A DNA stretch of 64,000 nucleotides from an uncultured Methanomassiliicoccales archaeon. GTDB taxonomy: Archaea; Thermoplasmatota; Thermoplasmata; Methanomassiliicoccales; Methanomethylophilaceae. The position numbers and the translations under genes were made by a program. A model generated the notes under the pieces. It saw only the letters and a program-made list of their open reading frames with translations, was not told where the DNA came from and searched no databases. The stretch spans positions 13,928 through 77,927 of the forward strand of contig CAZHJV010000001.1 of the NCBI GenBank assembly GCA_964533525.1. Reading direction: 5' to 3'. Shown one piece after another: positions 17,752 to 26,920 of this stretch; positions within the stretch are counted from its first letter, which is position 1, and each line of letters begins with the position of its first letter.

Positions 17752-18888
17752 TCAGATCCCGAGTTTGTCCTTCAGTTTGGTCTTGCGGGCCTTCTTGGTG
17801 CCGGCCCCCTCGTCCAGTTTCTGCAGGAGTTCCTTCTCGTAATCCGTGAGTCTTTTCGGCACGGTTATGCCGAGGACGATGTACAGGTTCCCGCGTGCGG
17901 TGCGGCCGAGCGACGGGAGTCCCTGTCCCACGACCTTGAGGACTCCGCCCACCTGCGTACCGGCGGGGATGTTCACGCTCATCATCTGACCCTCGAGGTT
18001 CTTGACCTCCAGGGTGCCTCCGAGCGCGAGTCTGGGATATGTGGTCTCGGCGTCCATCCACAGGTCGCTGCCGTCCCTCTTGAATCCCATGTAGTCGGTG
18101 ATGTGTATCACGACGTAGAGATCCCCGGCGGGACCGCCCCTGTATCCGGCGTCGCCTGCCCCGGGTATGCGGAGGTTGGTGCCCTCGCCCATCCCGGGCT
18201 TGACATTGATGCTGACCTTGGTGTTCTTGGTGACCCTTCCGCGGCCGCGGCACTTGGGGCACTCCTCGTCGTAGCTCCTCCCGGTACCGCCGCAGCGTTT
18301 GCAGGGCGACACCTGGATCGTATCTCCGAACGGGGTGCGCATGCGGGTCTGCTGCTGACCGCTCCCGCCGCAGACGGGACAGGATTTGGTCTTGCCGCCC
18401 TTGCCTCCGGTCCCATGGCAGTCGGGGCATTCGGAGGTGTGGGGGACGGTGATCTCCACGGTCTTCCCCTTGAGCACATCCACAAGGGTGATGCCGAGGT
18501 CGTAGCGGAGGGATTCCCCGGCCTGCGGAGCGTTGGGGTCCTGCCTCCTCCGCCCGCCGCCGAAGATCCCGCCGAACAGGTCTCCGAAGATATCGTTCAG
18601 GTCGTCCCCGTGGGTGAAGTTGTCCCACGAGAACCCTCCCTGCCCGAACTGTCCGTCGACGCCGGCGTGCCCGTACTGGTCGTACATGCTGCGCTTCTGC
18701 TCGTCGGACAGGACCTCGTACGCCTCGGAGATCTCCTTGAACTTGGCCTCCGCCACCTCCTTGGGTTCGGTAGACACGTCGGGGTGGTACTTCTTCGCAA
18801 GGGTGCGGTAGGCCTTCTTGATCTCGTCGGGAGTCGCGGTCTTGGATACTCCGAGTACCTCGTAGTAATCCCTTTTCTCTTCGGGCAT
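17752..18888 (-). CDS. dnaJ: molecular chaperone DnaJ
   Basis: J domain [31 protein letters not shown], a G-rich linker, and four CxxCxGxG motifs ([32 protein letters not shown]). Confidence 0.97.
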   Translation of the reverse strand: MPEEKRDYYEVLGVSKTATPDEIKKAYRTLAKKYHPDVSTEPKEVAEAKFKEISEAYEVLSDEQKRSMYDQYGHAGVDGQFGQGGFSWDNFTHGDDLNDIFGDLFGGIFGGGRRRQDPNAPQAGESLRYDLGITLVDVLKGKTVEITVPHTSECPDCHGTGGKGGKTKSCPVCGGSGQQQTRMRTPFGDTIQVSPCKRCGGTGRSYDEECPKCRGRGRVTKNTKVSINVKPGMGEGTNLRIPGAGDAGYRGGPAGDLYVVIHITDYMGFKRDGSDLWMDAETTYPRLALGGTLEVKNLEGQMMSVNIPAGTQVGGVLKVVGQGLPSLGRTARGNLYIVLGITVPKRLTDYEKELLQKLDEGAGTKKARKTKLKDKLGI

Positions 18889-18907
18889 CTGAACTTACCT
18901 CTTCGGA

Positions 18908-20797
18908 TCACTGGTCGTCGACTATCTTGTAGTCGGCGTCGACGACGTTGTCGTCGGCCTTCTTGGAAGCGTCCCCGCTCTTCTGGGCCTGCTCCTGGTA
19001 TGCCTTCGCGGCATCCTGGGCTGCCTGCTGCTGCTCGGGGGTGGCGTTCTTGTAGATCTTCTCGCTGATGGGGGCCATCGCCTTCATCAGGGCGTCGGTC
19101 TTGGTCTTGATGTCGTCGACGTTGTCGGTCTTGGCCGCGGCCTCCAGGTCGGAGACGGCCGCCTCGACGGAGGTGCGCTCCTCGTTGGTGACCTTGTCGC
19201 CGAGTTCGGACAGGGTCTTGCGGACGGAGTAGACCATGGTCTCGGCGCCGTTGCGGGCGTCGATGAGCTCCTCCTTCTTCTTGTCCGCGTCGGCGAACTT
19301 CTCGGCGTCCTTGATGGCCGCGTCGATGTCCTCCTTGGACAGCTTGTTGGAGGATGCGATGGTGATGTGCTGCTCCTTCCCGGTGCCGAGGTCCTTCGCG
19401 GAGACGTTGATGATACCGTTGGCGTCGATGTCGAAGGTGACCTCGATCTGAGGCACTCCGCGGTGCGCGGGGGGTATTCCGTCGAGGACGAATCTGCCGA
19501 GGCTGGTGTTGTCGGCGGCCATCTTCCTCTCTCCCTGGACGACGTTGATCTCCACGGAGGGCTGGTTGTCGGCCGCGGTGGAGAACACCTGGCTCTTCTT
19601 GGTCGGGATGGTGGTGTTCCTGTCGATCAGCTTGGTGGCGACTCCGCCGAGGGTCTCGATACCGAGGGACAGCGGGGTGACATCCAGAAGGAGGACGTCC
19701 TTGACGTCTCCGGAGAGGACAGCTCCCTGGATGGCCGCTCCCATGGAGACGCACTCCATGGGGTCGACTCCGTGCTGGATCTTGGGCCCGACGATGGACT
19801 CGACGAAGTTCTGGATGATGGGCATCCTGGTGGGTCCGCCGACCATGATGACCTTGTCGACGCCGTCGGAGGTGAGTCCCGCATCGGACAGGGCCTGCTC
19901 GATGGGTCCCCTGCATCTCTCCACGATGGGCTCCACGAGCTCCTCGAGTTTCGCACGGGTGATGGTCTGCACCAGGTGTTTGGGCCCGGAGGCATCCGCA
20001 GTGATGAAAGGCAGGTTGATCTCGGTCTGCATGGTGGTGGAGAGTTCGATCTTCGCCTTCTCGGCGGCCTCTCTGACCCTGACCCTCGCGGCGTTGTCCT
20101 TGGCGAGGTCGACGCCGGTCTCGTTCCTGAACTGCCCGATCACGTAGTTGGTGAGGGCCTCGTCCATATCGGATCCTCCGAGCTGGGTGTCTCCGGAGGT
20201 CGAAAGGACCTGGAACACTCCGTCGTCGAAGTCCATGATGGTGACATCGAGGGTTCCTCCTCCGAGGTCGAAGACGAGGATCTTCTGGGACTGTCCCGCC
20301 TTGTCGAGACCGTAGGCGAGAGCGGCCGCGGTAGGCTCGTTGATGATACGGACCACATCGAGTCCGGCGATCTTACCGGCGTCCTTGGTGGCCTGCCTCT
20401 GGTTGTCGTTGAAATAGGCGGGGACGGTGATGACGGCCTTGTCGATGGGCTCGCCGACGAACGCCTCCGCGTCCTTCTTGATCTTCATAAGGATGTATGC
20501 GGAGATCTGCTGGGGGGAGTACTCTTTCCCGAGGGCGGTGACCTTCTCGCTGGAACCCATCTTCCTCTTGACGTTCTTGATGGTTCCGTCGGGGTTGGTG
20601 ACGGCCTGTCTCCTGGCGGGCTCTCCCACGAGGAGCTGTCCGTCTTTGGTGAATGCTACGTAGGACGGGAAGGATTTCCCGCCGACGCTGGTCCCCTCTG
20701 CGCTGGGGATGACGGTAGGCCTGCCTCCCTCCATAATGGAGGCGGCAGAGTTGCTGGTTCCGAGATCGATTCCGATTATTCTTGACATTTCTAACAC
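18908..20797 (-). CDS. dnaK: molecular chaperone DnaK (Hsp70)
   Basis: [27 protein letters not shown] and related motifs. 629 aa. Confidence 0.98.
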   Translation of the reverse strand: MLEMSRIIGIDLGTSNSAASIMEGGRPTVIPSAEGTSVGGKSFPSYVAFTKDGQLLVGEPARRQAVTNPDGTIKNVKRKMGSSEKVTALGKEYSPQQISAYILMKIKKDAEAFVGEPIDKAVITVPAYFNDNQRQATKDAGKIAGLDVVRIINEPTAAALAYGLDKAGQSQKILVFDLGGGTLDVTIMDFDDGVFQVLSTSGDTQLGGSDMDEALTNYVIGQFRNETGVDLAKDNAARVRVREAAEKAKIELSTTMQTEINLPFITADASGPKHLVQTITRAKLEELVEPIVERCRGPIEQALSDAGLTSDGVDKVIMVGGPTRMPIIQNFVESIVGPKIQHGVDPMECVSMGAAIQGAVLSGDVKDVLLLDVTPLSLGIETLGGVATKLIDRNTTIPTKKSQVFSTAADNQPSVEINVVQGERKMAADNTSLGRFVLDGIPPAHRGVPQIEVTFDIDANGIINVSAKDLGTGKEQHITIASSNKLSKEDIDAAIKDAEKFADADKKKEELIDARNGAETMVYSVRKTLSELGDKVTNEERTSVEAAVSDLEAAAKTDNVDDIKTKTDALMKAMAPISEKIYKNATPEQQQAAQDAAKAYQEQAQKSGDASKKADDNVVDADYKIVDDQ

Positions 20798-20818
20798 CTC
20801 ATTGTTCTCTTAAACGGT

Positions 20819-21388
20819 TTATTCGGCCGTATCCCCTTCCGGGGCGGCCTGTTTCTTCTTGGTTACTCTGACTTTGGCGTAGCGGAGGACCTTGCCGTTC
20901 ATCATGTACCCTTTCTGATACACTTCGGCGATCATGTCGTCCTCGTCGCCCTCCGAGACCATCAGGGCCTCGTGCATGTTGGGGTCGAACTTCCCGTCCG
21001 CAGGGATCTCCCTGAGCCCCTGCGACTCGAGTATCTTCATCAGGTTGCCCCTGACGGCCCTGACCCCCTCGGAAAGGGATGACTCCTCCTTGACGGAGGC
21101 GAGCGCCCTCTCGAGGTCGTCCGCGATGTTCAGGAGCTGCGACACGAGGTCCTTGGTGGCGTATTTCCGATATTCCTCGGCGTCCCTCTCGGTCCTCTTG
21201 CGGTAGTTCTCGAAGTCCGCCTGCAGGCGTTTGGCCATATCGAGCATCTTGGCGGAGTTCTCCTTCTCCTCTTCGAGACGTGCTTTGAGTTCCTCAACGG
21301 TCTTCTTCTGACCTTTGTTTTCCTTCTTCGCCGTATCCGCCTCCTGCCCGGGGGCTTCCGCGCCCTTGTTTTCAGACTTATCAGTCAT
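20819..21388 (-). CDS. grpE: nucleotide exchange factor GrpE
   Basis: LQADFENYRKR and the C-terminal GY..NGKVLRYAKV pattern. 189 aa, immediately upstream of dnaK. Confidence 0.95.
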   Translation of the reverse strand: MTDKSENKGAEAPGQEADTAKKENKGQKKTVEELKARLEEEKENSAKMLDMAKRLQADFENYRKRTERDAEEYRKYATKDLVSQLLNIADDLERALASVKEESSLSEGVRAVRGNLMKILESQGLREIPADGKFDPNMHEALMVSEGDEDDMIAEVYQKGYMMNGKVLRYAKVRVTKKKQAAPEGDTAE

Positions 21389-21416
21389 AGGTGAACCTCT
21401 TGCGTGAACTTTCGAG

Positions 21417-21445
21417 GGACGGGAGGGCTTCCGACCCTCCCGTCC
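21417..21445 (-). terminator. perfect 11-bp hairpin between ths and grpE
   Basis: GGACGGGAGGG-CTTCCGA-CCCTCCCGTCC lies 19 nt downstream of the thermosome stop. No T-tract follows, so it could be an attenuator or processing site rather than a full terminator. Confidence 0.4.
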
Positions 21446-21463
21446 GGATGTGTTTCAGAAGAC

Positions 21464-23098
21464 TCAGTCGTCCATTCCGCCCATTCCGGGTGCTCCTCCG
21501 GCGGGAGCGGGGGCGGATTTGGAGGCGATGACATCGTCGATCCTGAGGATCATGACCGCCGCATCGGTTGCGGAGGAGATGGCCTGCTGACCGATCCTGA
21601 TGGGCTCGATGACGTCGAGGGCCATCATGTCCTCCACCTTTCCGGTGAAGGGGTTGATTCCGGCGTACTTCTTGCCGGCCTTGTGCTGCTTCCTCATCTC
21701 GATGACCATGTTGATGGGGTCGAGACCTGCGTTCTCGGCGAGGGTGGTGGGGATGATCTCCATTGCGGACGCGAAGGCCTCGATGGCAATCTGCTCCCTT
21801 CCGCCGACGGATGCCGCGTAGTCGCGGACTCCCATGGCGAGCTCCATTGCGGTGGATCCTCCTCCGGTGACGATCATTCCGTCCTCGATGGAGACCTTGA
21901 CGACGGACCATGCATCGACGAGAGACCTCTCGACCTCGTCGGCGACGTGGTTGGTTCCTCCCCTGACGAGGATGGAGACGGTCTTGGGGTCCTTGCATCC
22001 GGTGACGAAGGTCATCTGCTCGTCTCCGACGAACTTGAGCTCGACGGACTCGGCATCTCCGAGGTCCTCGGCGGACAGCTCGCTGATCTTGCTGACGATG
22101 GAGGCGTTGGTGGATTTCCCAAGCCTCTCCATGTCGGACTTCTTCACGCGGCGGCATGCGTAGATGCCTTCCTTGGCGAAGAAGTGCTGTGCGAGGTCGT
22201 CGATTCCCTTCTGGCAGAAGACGACGTTGGCTCCGGCCTTCTTGACGGACATGACCATGTCCTTCAGGGTCTTCTCTTCCTCGGCGATGAACTTGCTGAG
22301 CATCTCGGGGTCGGTGATCTGGATCTTCGCGTCGATCTCGGGCTTCTTGACCTCGAAGGCGGCGTCGATCAAGGCGATCTTGGCGTTCTTCACCAGCTTG
22401 GGCATGGTGGGGGAGACGGGCTCCTTGTCGATGATGAGTCCTTTCACGAGGACGGACTCGTCCATGCTGGCTCCGGCCTTCTTGACGGTCTGGATGTTCT
22501 TCAGGTCTGCGGTGTACTTTCCGTTCTCGTCCTTCTCGAGAATGGTCTTGACGGCGTCGACGACCATCTTGGCGAAGAACTTCTTGGAGGAGTTGACCTG
22601 CTTGCTGATCATGGAGGTCTCGGCGATCTTCTCGAGGAGGGCCTCGTCGTCGAGGGACACTTTGGTCGCGACGTTCTTCAGGATCTCCTGGGCCTTCTCG
22701 TTGGCGAGCCTGTATCCCGCGGTGATGATGGTGGGGTGGACGTTGGAGTCGATCAGGTCGAGGGACTTCTTCAGGAGTTCTCCGGCGACGATGACGGAGG
22801 TGGTGGTTCCGTCTCCGACTTCCTGGTCCTGGGTCTTTGCGACCTCCACGAGCATCTTGGCGGCGGGGTGCTGCACATCCATTTCCTTGAGGATGGTCAC
22901 ACCGTCGTTGGTGATGACGACGTCGCCGATGGAGTCGACGAGCATCTTGTCCATTCCCCTGGGTCCGAGGCTGCTCCTCACTGCGTCGGCGATGGTCCTC
23001 GCCGCGGTGATGTTGTTGAACTGAGCATCCTTTCCTTTGTCTCTCTTGGTGCCTTCCCTGAGGATCAGCACAGGTGCGTTACCCATTCCCATATTCAT
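21464..23098 (-). CDS. ths: thermosome subunit (group II chaperonin)
   Basis: GPRGMDKML, ITNDGVTIL, VGDGTTT, GGGSTAMEL and a C-terminal GGMGGMD tail. The start may be the second ATG at 23092. Confidence 0.97.
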   Translation of the reverse strand: MNMGMGNAPVLILREGTKRDKGKDAQFNNITAARTIADAVRSSLGPRGMDKMLVDSIGDVVITNDGVTILKEMDVQHPAAKMLVEVAKTQDQEVGDGTTTSVIVAGELLKKSLDLIDSNVHPTIITAGYRLANEKAQEILKNVATKVSLDDEALLEKIAETSMISKQVNSSKKFFAKMVVDAVKTILEKDENGKYTADLKNIQTVKKAGASMDESVLVKGLIIDKEPVSPTMPKLVKNAKIALIDAAFEVKKPEIDAKIQITDPEMLSKFIAEEEKTLKDMVMSVKKAGANVVFCQKGIDDLAQHFFAKEGIYACRRVKKSDMERLGKSTNASIVSKISELSAEDLGDAESVELKFVGDEQMTFVTGCKDPKTVSILVRGGTNHVADEVERSLVDAWSVVKVSIEDGMIVTGGGSTAMELAMGVRDYAASVGGREQIAIEAFASAMEIIPTTLAENAGLDPINMVIEMRKQHKAGKKYAGINPFTGKVEDMMALDVIEPIRIGQQAISSATDAAVMILRIDDVIASKSAPAPAGGAPGMGGMDD

Positions 23099-23142
23099 TT
23101 CTCCGATAGCTTCCGCCCCTTTCGGCGGAATATGTACCCTTG

Positions 23143-23167
23143 ATGGTTAGTCCTTCTATATAACCAT
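23143..23167 (-). promoter_or_regulatory. thermosome promoter: TATA box embedded in a 7-bp inverted repeat
   Basis: ATGGTTA (23143-49) and TAACCAT (23161-67) are exact reverse complements. They flank or overlap the minus-strand TTATATA, about 60 nt upstream of the ths ATG. Confidence 0.4.
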
Positions 23168-23421
23168 TGCTATGGTAGACAACTAGGGGTTAATTACATA
23201 TTGGATGAGTGATTGTAAATATCTGGCATATCGGAAAATATCATTTTTTGATTATTAATTCTACATATTCCGAAAAATGACATGAAAAAATATTTTTATC
23301 CTTTAAAGGAAAATCCGACCGTCTGCGGAGCCTCTTTCCGAGGAAACGGAAGACCCCCGTGCAGCATCGGCACATGTTCGCAAGTCCTTTAATAACGACA
23401 TATAGAGATTGAAAAACTCAT

Positions 23422-23778
23422 ATGGATGAATTGATGGCGTGGGTGATCCTTATCATCGCCAGCTGTATCGAACCGATATGGGTCACCTGTCTTGACAAGT
23501 CCGAAGGTTTCAAGCGCAAGGGATGGGGCGCCGCGACCATTATTCTGGTTCTGCTCTGCCTGTATCTCCTCGCATACGCGGTCGGAATGACCGACAGCAG
23601 CGGAAACAGCTACATCGGACCCGGAGTCGCCTATGCCGTACTGGCGGGAATAGGCGCAGCAGGCATCGTCGCCGTAGGACGCGTCCTGCACCGCGAGAAG
23701 CTCACGGCGAGGAGACTGTTCTTCGTCCTGCTGATCGTGCTCGGAATCATAGGTACCAGACTTGCCGGAGGTCTCTGA
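23422..23778 (+). CDS. SMR (small multidrug resistance / SugE-Gdx-like) transporter subunit A
   Basis: 4 TM. MAWVILIIASCIEPIWV has the TM1 Glu; GVAYAVLAGIGAAG is TM3. The likely true start is ATG 23434. Confidence 0.85.
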   Translation: MDELMAWVILIIASCIEPIWVTCLDKSEGFKRKGWGAATIILVLLCLYLLAYAVGMTDSSGNSYIGPGVAYAVLAGIGAAGIVAVGRVLHREKLTARRLFFVLLIVLGIIGTRLAGGL

Positions 23779-23779
23779 A

Positions 23780-24172
23780 ATGAAGTTCCTCGAAGGGAAG
23801 AGCGAACTTACGCTCGCATGGATCGTCCTGATCCTCGGAGGCGTGTTCCAGATCGGATGGTCCATCGGTGTCGATTACACCGAGAAGTTCACCGTGTGGA
23901 CCTGGGACATCGTCACCATCGTATTCCTCGCACTCAGCATGATATGCATGGAGTGGCCCATGAGGCACGGCATCGCGTTCACCACGGCCTACGCCGTGTG
24001 GATCGGTGTCGGAGTGAGCCTGACCGTCGTCGTCTCGGCCCTGCTGGGTCTCGATGACTTCAACTGGCTCATGGGGGTGTTCCTGATAATCGTCATCGCG
24101 GGAGTCGTCGGTCTGAAGGCCACGCCCGTGGAGTATCTGGACCCTCTGCCGGAAAAGAAGGAAAAGGAGTGA
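23780..24172 (+). CDS. SMR family transporter subunit B (paired with subunit A)
   Basis: ATG lies 1 nt after the subunit A stop. TM3 AYAVWIGVGV matches SMR, but TM1 reads GGVFQIGWS, with Gln where the essential Glu normally sits. Confidence 0.8.
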   Translation: MKFLEGKSELTLAWIVLILGGVFQIGWSIGVDYTEKFTVWTWDIVTIVFLALSMICMEWPMRHGIAFTTAYAVWIGVGVSLTVVVSALLGLDDFNWLMGVFLIIVIAGVVGLKATPVEYLDPLPEKKEKE

Positions 24173-24177
24173 ATCCG

Positions 24178-24213
24178 CAGGGGCCGGATTTTCCGGTCCC
24201 TGCTTTTTTGTTT
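24178..24213 (+). terminator. intrinsic-terminator-like hairpin plus T-tract after the SMR pair
   Basis: CAGGGGCCGG-ATTTT-CCGGTCCCTG (10 bp including one G-U pair), followed by CTTTTTTGTTT. Confidence 0.55.
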
Positions 24214-24287
24214 CCCCGATGCTCCGCACGCATATGCCAGCACCGGGAATTATGCGGTCCACGGATAACCCGCAGAACGGCGGTGTT

Positions 24288-26471
24288 TCAGTGGATGAAC
24301 AGCAGCTCCCTGTACTTGGGGAGGGGCCACATCTGGTCGTCGACCATCATCTCGAGGGAATCCACGTGGGACCTGATCTTCTCGAGCATGGGCGCCATCT
24401 TATCATGGTAGATGATGGCCGCGGCGCGTCCTTCCTCCTCCTGTGACAGTTTGGCATCCAGGGCGTCGAGCTCGTCGACGAGGCTCTCCGCGGCGGATAT
24501 GTCCTCGGAGATGCATCTGATGAGGTCCATCTGGGACGCGGCCATCTTCCTGAAGTCCTTGTCCCCGTAGATGTCCTTGAGGTTCCTGACGTTGTCGAGG
24601 AGGATGTTCTGATACCTGATCGACACGGGGATGACGTGGTTGGTGGTGAGGTCGCTGAGGACCTTGCCCTCGATCGCCATCTTCTTGCAGTAGATCTCCC
24701 AGAACACCTCCTTCCTGGAAGCCAGTTCGACCTCAGTCATGACCTTCGTCTCCGCGAACACCTTCACGGTCTGCTCGGAGGTGAACGTGTCGTAGACCAG
24801 GGGGACGGAGCTCTCGCAGTCGAGTCCGCGCCTGAGGGCCTCGGCCTTCCACTCATCGGAATACCCGTTCCCGTCGAAGCAGACGTTCTGGCAGGCCCTG
24901 TACGTCTCACGGGTCTCGTCGAGGACCGCCTGCATCGCGGGAACACCCGACGCGATTCTCGCGTCGACGGCCTTCTTGAACTGTGCCAGCTGATACGCGA
25001 GGATGGTGTTGAGCACGGTGACCGCACCGGAGCAGTTCGCGCTGGAACCGACGGCCCTGAACTCGAACCTGTTGCCGGTGAAGGCGAACGGGGAGGTCCT
25101 GTTCCTGTCGGTGTTGTCCACCAGGAGCTCGGGGATCTGCGGGATGCCGAGACTGTATCCCTTCTTCCCGGCGATCTTGACCATGTCCTTGCTGTCCAGC
25201 AGCTGGGCGAAGGCCGCGCTGACCTGTTTGCCGAGGAACGACGAGATGATCGCCGGAGGGGCCTCGTTCGCACCGAGCCTGTGGGCGTTGGTCGCGTTGA
25301 GGACGGTGGCTTTGAGGAGGGCGTTGTTGTCGTAGACGGCCTTGAGAGTGTTCGCCATGAAACACAGGAATCTGAGGTTCTCCTTGTCCGTCTTGCCGGG
25401 GGACATCAGGGCGATGCCGCTCTCGGATCCGAGGGACCAGTTGCAGTGTTTCCCGGATCCGTTGATGCCCGCGAAGGGCTTCTCGTGGAGGAGGACCTCG
25501 AAACCGTGCTTCTCGGCGACGGTCTTCATGAGGGACATCAGCAGGAGGTTGTGGTCGATGGCCAGGTTCGACGACTCGTAGACGGGGGCGATCTCGAACT
25601 GGTTGGGAGCGACCTCGTTGTGCCTCGTCTTCAGCGGGATGCCGAGTTTGTACGCCTCGAACTCCAGATCCTTCATGAACTCGAGGACGCGGGGCGGGAT
25701 CGTGGCGAAGTAGTGGTCATCGAGCTGCTGGTTCCTGGCACTGTCGTGCCCGATGAGCGTGCGGTCGGTGAGAACCAGGTCGGGACGCTGCATGTACAGG
25801 TCCCTGTCCACCAGGAAGTACTCCTGTTCCCAGCCGAGGTACGAGTGGATGACCTCGTTCCCCTCGCCGAAATACTCCAGGATCGACTTGGCGGCCTTGG
25901 TGACGGCAGAATCGGATTTCAGGAGGGGCGTCTTGTAGTCGAGCGCCTCCCCGGTGTACGACACGAACACGGTGGGGATGCACAGGGTGTCCCCTATGAC
26001 GAATGCGGGGGACGAGGGATCCCATGCGGTGTATCCCCTGGCCTCGAAGGTGTTCCTGAGGCCTCCGCTGGGGAAGGACGACGCATCCGGTTCCTGCTGG
26101 AAGAGGAGTTTTCCTTCGAATTTCTCCAGGGACTCCCCATGTCCGCGGGGGTGCGCGAACGAATCGTGTTTCTCGGCGGTGCCTCCCGTGAGGGGCTGGA
26201 ACCAGTGGGTGTAGTGGGTCGCACCGAGGTCCATAGCCCATCTTTTCATGCCTTCGGCCACGTGGTTCGCCACGTTGCCGTCGAGGGTCGCTCCCCTCTC
26301 GACGGTCTCATAGATGGATCTCCTGGTCTCCTCGGAGAGGTATCTCCTCATGGCGGCCCTGTTGAAGACGTTGCGTCCGTAGTACGCGGAAGTCTCCTTT
26401 TCCGGGGCGACCGCGGCGACGGGTTCCTTTGCATTGGCGCTCTCGACTGCAGTGAACCTGAAGGTCTGCAT
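24288..26471 (-). CDS. glnN: glutamine synthetase, type III
   Basis: 727 aa. It has the GSIII-specific N-terminal domain (YYGRNVFNRAAMRRYL, THYTHWFQPLTG) and catalytic core (GWEQEYFLVD, NGSGKHCNWSL, NRTSPFAFTGNRFEFRAVGSS). Confidence 0.95.
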   Translation of the reverse strand: MQTFRFTAVESANAKEPVAAVAPEKETSAYYGRNVFNRAAMRRYLSEETRRSIYETVERGATLDGNVANHVAEGMKRWAMDLGATHYTHWFQPLTGGTAEKHDSFAHPRGHGESLEKFEGKLLFQQEPDASSFPSGGLRNTFEARGYTAWDPSSPAFVIGDTLCIPTVFVSYTGEALDYKTPLLKSDSAVTKAAKSILEYFGEGNEVIHSYLGWEQEYFLVDRDLYMQRPDLVLTDRTLIGHDSARNQQLDDHYFATIPPRVLEFMKDLEFEAYKLGIPLKTRHNEVAPNQFEIAPVYESSNLAIDHNLLLMSLMKTVAEKHGFEVLLHEKPFAGINGSGKHCNWSLGSESGIALMSPGKTDKENLRFLCFMANTLKAVYDNNALLKATVLNATNAHRLGANEAPPAIISSFLGKQVSAAFAQLLDSKDMVKIAGKKGYSLGIPQIPELLVDNTDRNRTSPFAFTGNRFEFRAVGSSANCSGAVTVLNTILAYQLAQFKKAVDARIASGVPAMQAVLDETRETYRACQNVCFDGNGYSDEWKAEALRRGLDCESSVPLVYDTFTSEQTVKVFAETKVMTEVELASRKEVFWEIYCKKMAIEGKVLSDLTTNHVIPVSIRYQNILLDNVRNLKDIYGDKDFRKMAASQMDLIRCISEDISAAESLVDELDALDAKLSQEEEGRAAAIIYHDKMAPMLEKIRSHVDSLEMMVDDQMWPLPKYRELLFIH

Positions 26472-26493
26472 AGTAGCTGTTAGTTCCGCTCTC

Positions 26494-26506
26494 TTAATAT
26501 AATTTT
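26494..26506 (-). promoter_or_regulatory. TATA-box candidate for glnN
   Basis: The minus strand reads AAAATTATATTAA, about 25-35 nt upstream of the ATG at 26471. This is consistent with a leaderless or near-leaderless transcript. Confidence 0.45.
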
Positions 26507-26920
26507 CCCACAGAAGAAAACTCCATTTTGACGTCGAAATTGCAAAAAAGATATTGTCTTTGTTACCATTTAAACCTTTTAATTAGACAAATGTCTAACA
26601 ATTTAATTAATTGAAGAAGTGTTAACAACCATATTATCGGGTTAACGGCACTAAACACGAGTTTATATCCGCGATCGGACAGACAAGTGCCTACCGAAGC
26701 GTCCGCAGATGGACGGGAAAAACCCCTTCCGCGGGACAGGCCAGATGTCCGCGGCCCGTCTTCCGGGATATGCATCTGGCACATGCGTTCCGGGCAATAA
26801 CATAGATTAATTCAAATACCGAATGGAAATATGTTAAAGCAATAAGAAAAAGGGGGCCATACCATAGGATTCAAGCTGTTCAAATCCGGCGACCAACTGT
26901 ACGATGAGGCCATCGACCTC

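Noticed and set aside
19367-26483. Long antisense ORFs opposite dnaK (19367..20785), the thermosome (21404..23143) and glnN (24636..26483)
   Set aside because: Each lies opposite a gene with unmistakable family motifs and has a G/D/V/L/E-biased shadow translation without motifs. The same applies to 35384..36604, 36880..39030, 44022..46037, 46208..47281, 47983..49341, 60222..61595 and similar track entries.
26563-26784. 73-aa ORF (minus strand) in the glnN/cluster spacer
   Set aside because: It crosses the AT-rich promoter region, has no codon bias typical of this genome, and has no SD or TATA in a sensible position. I treated the region as non-coding or possible RNA instead.
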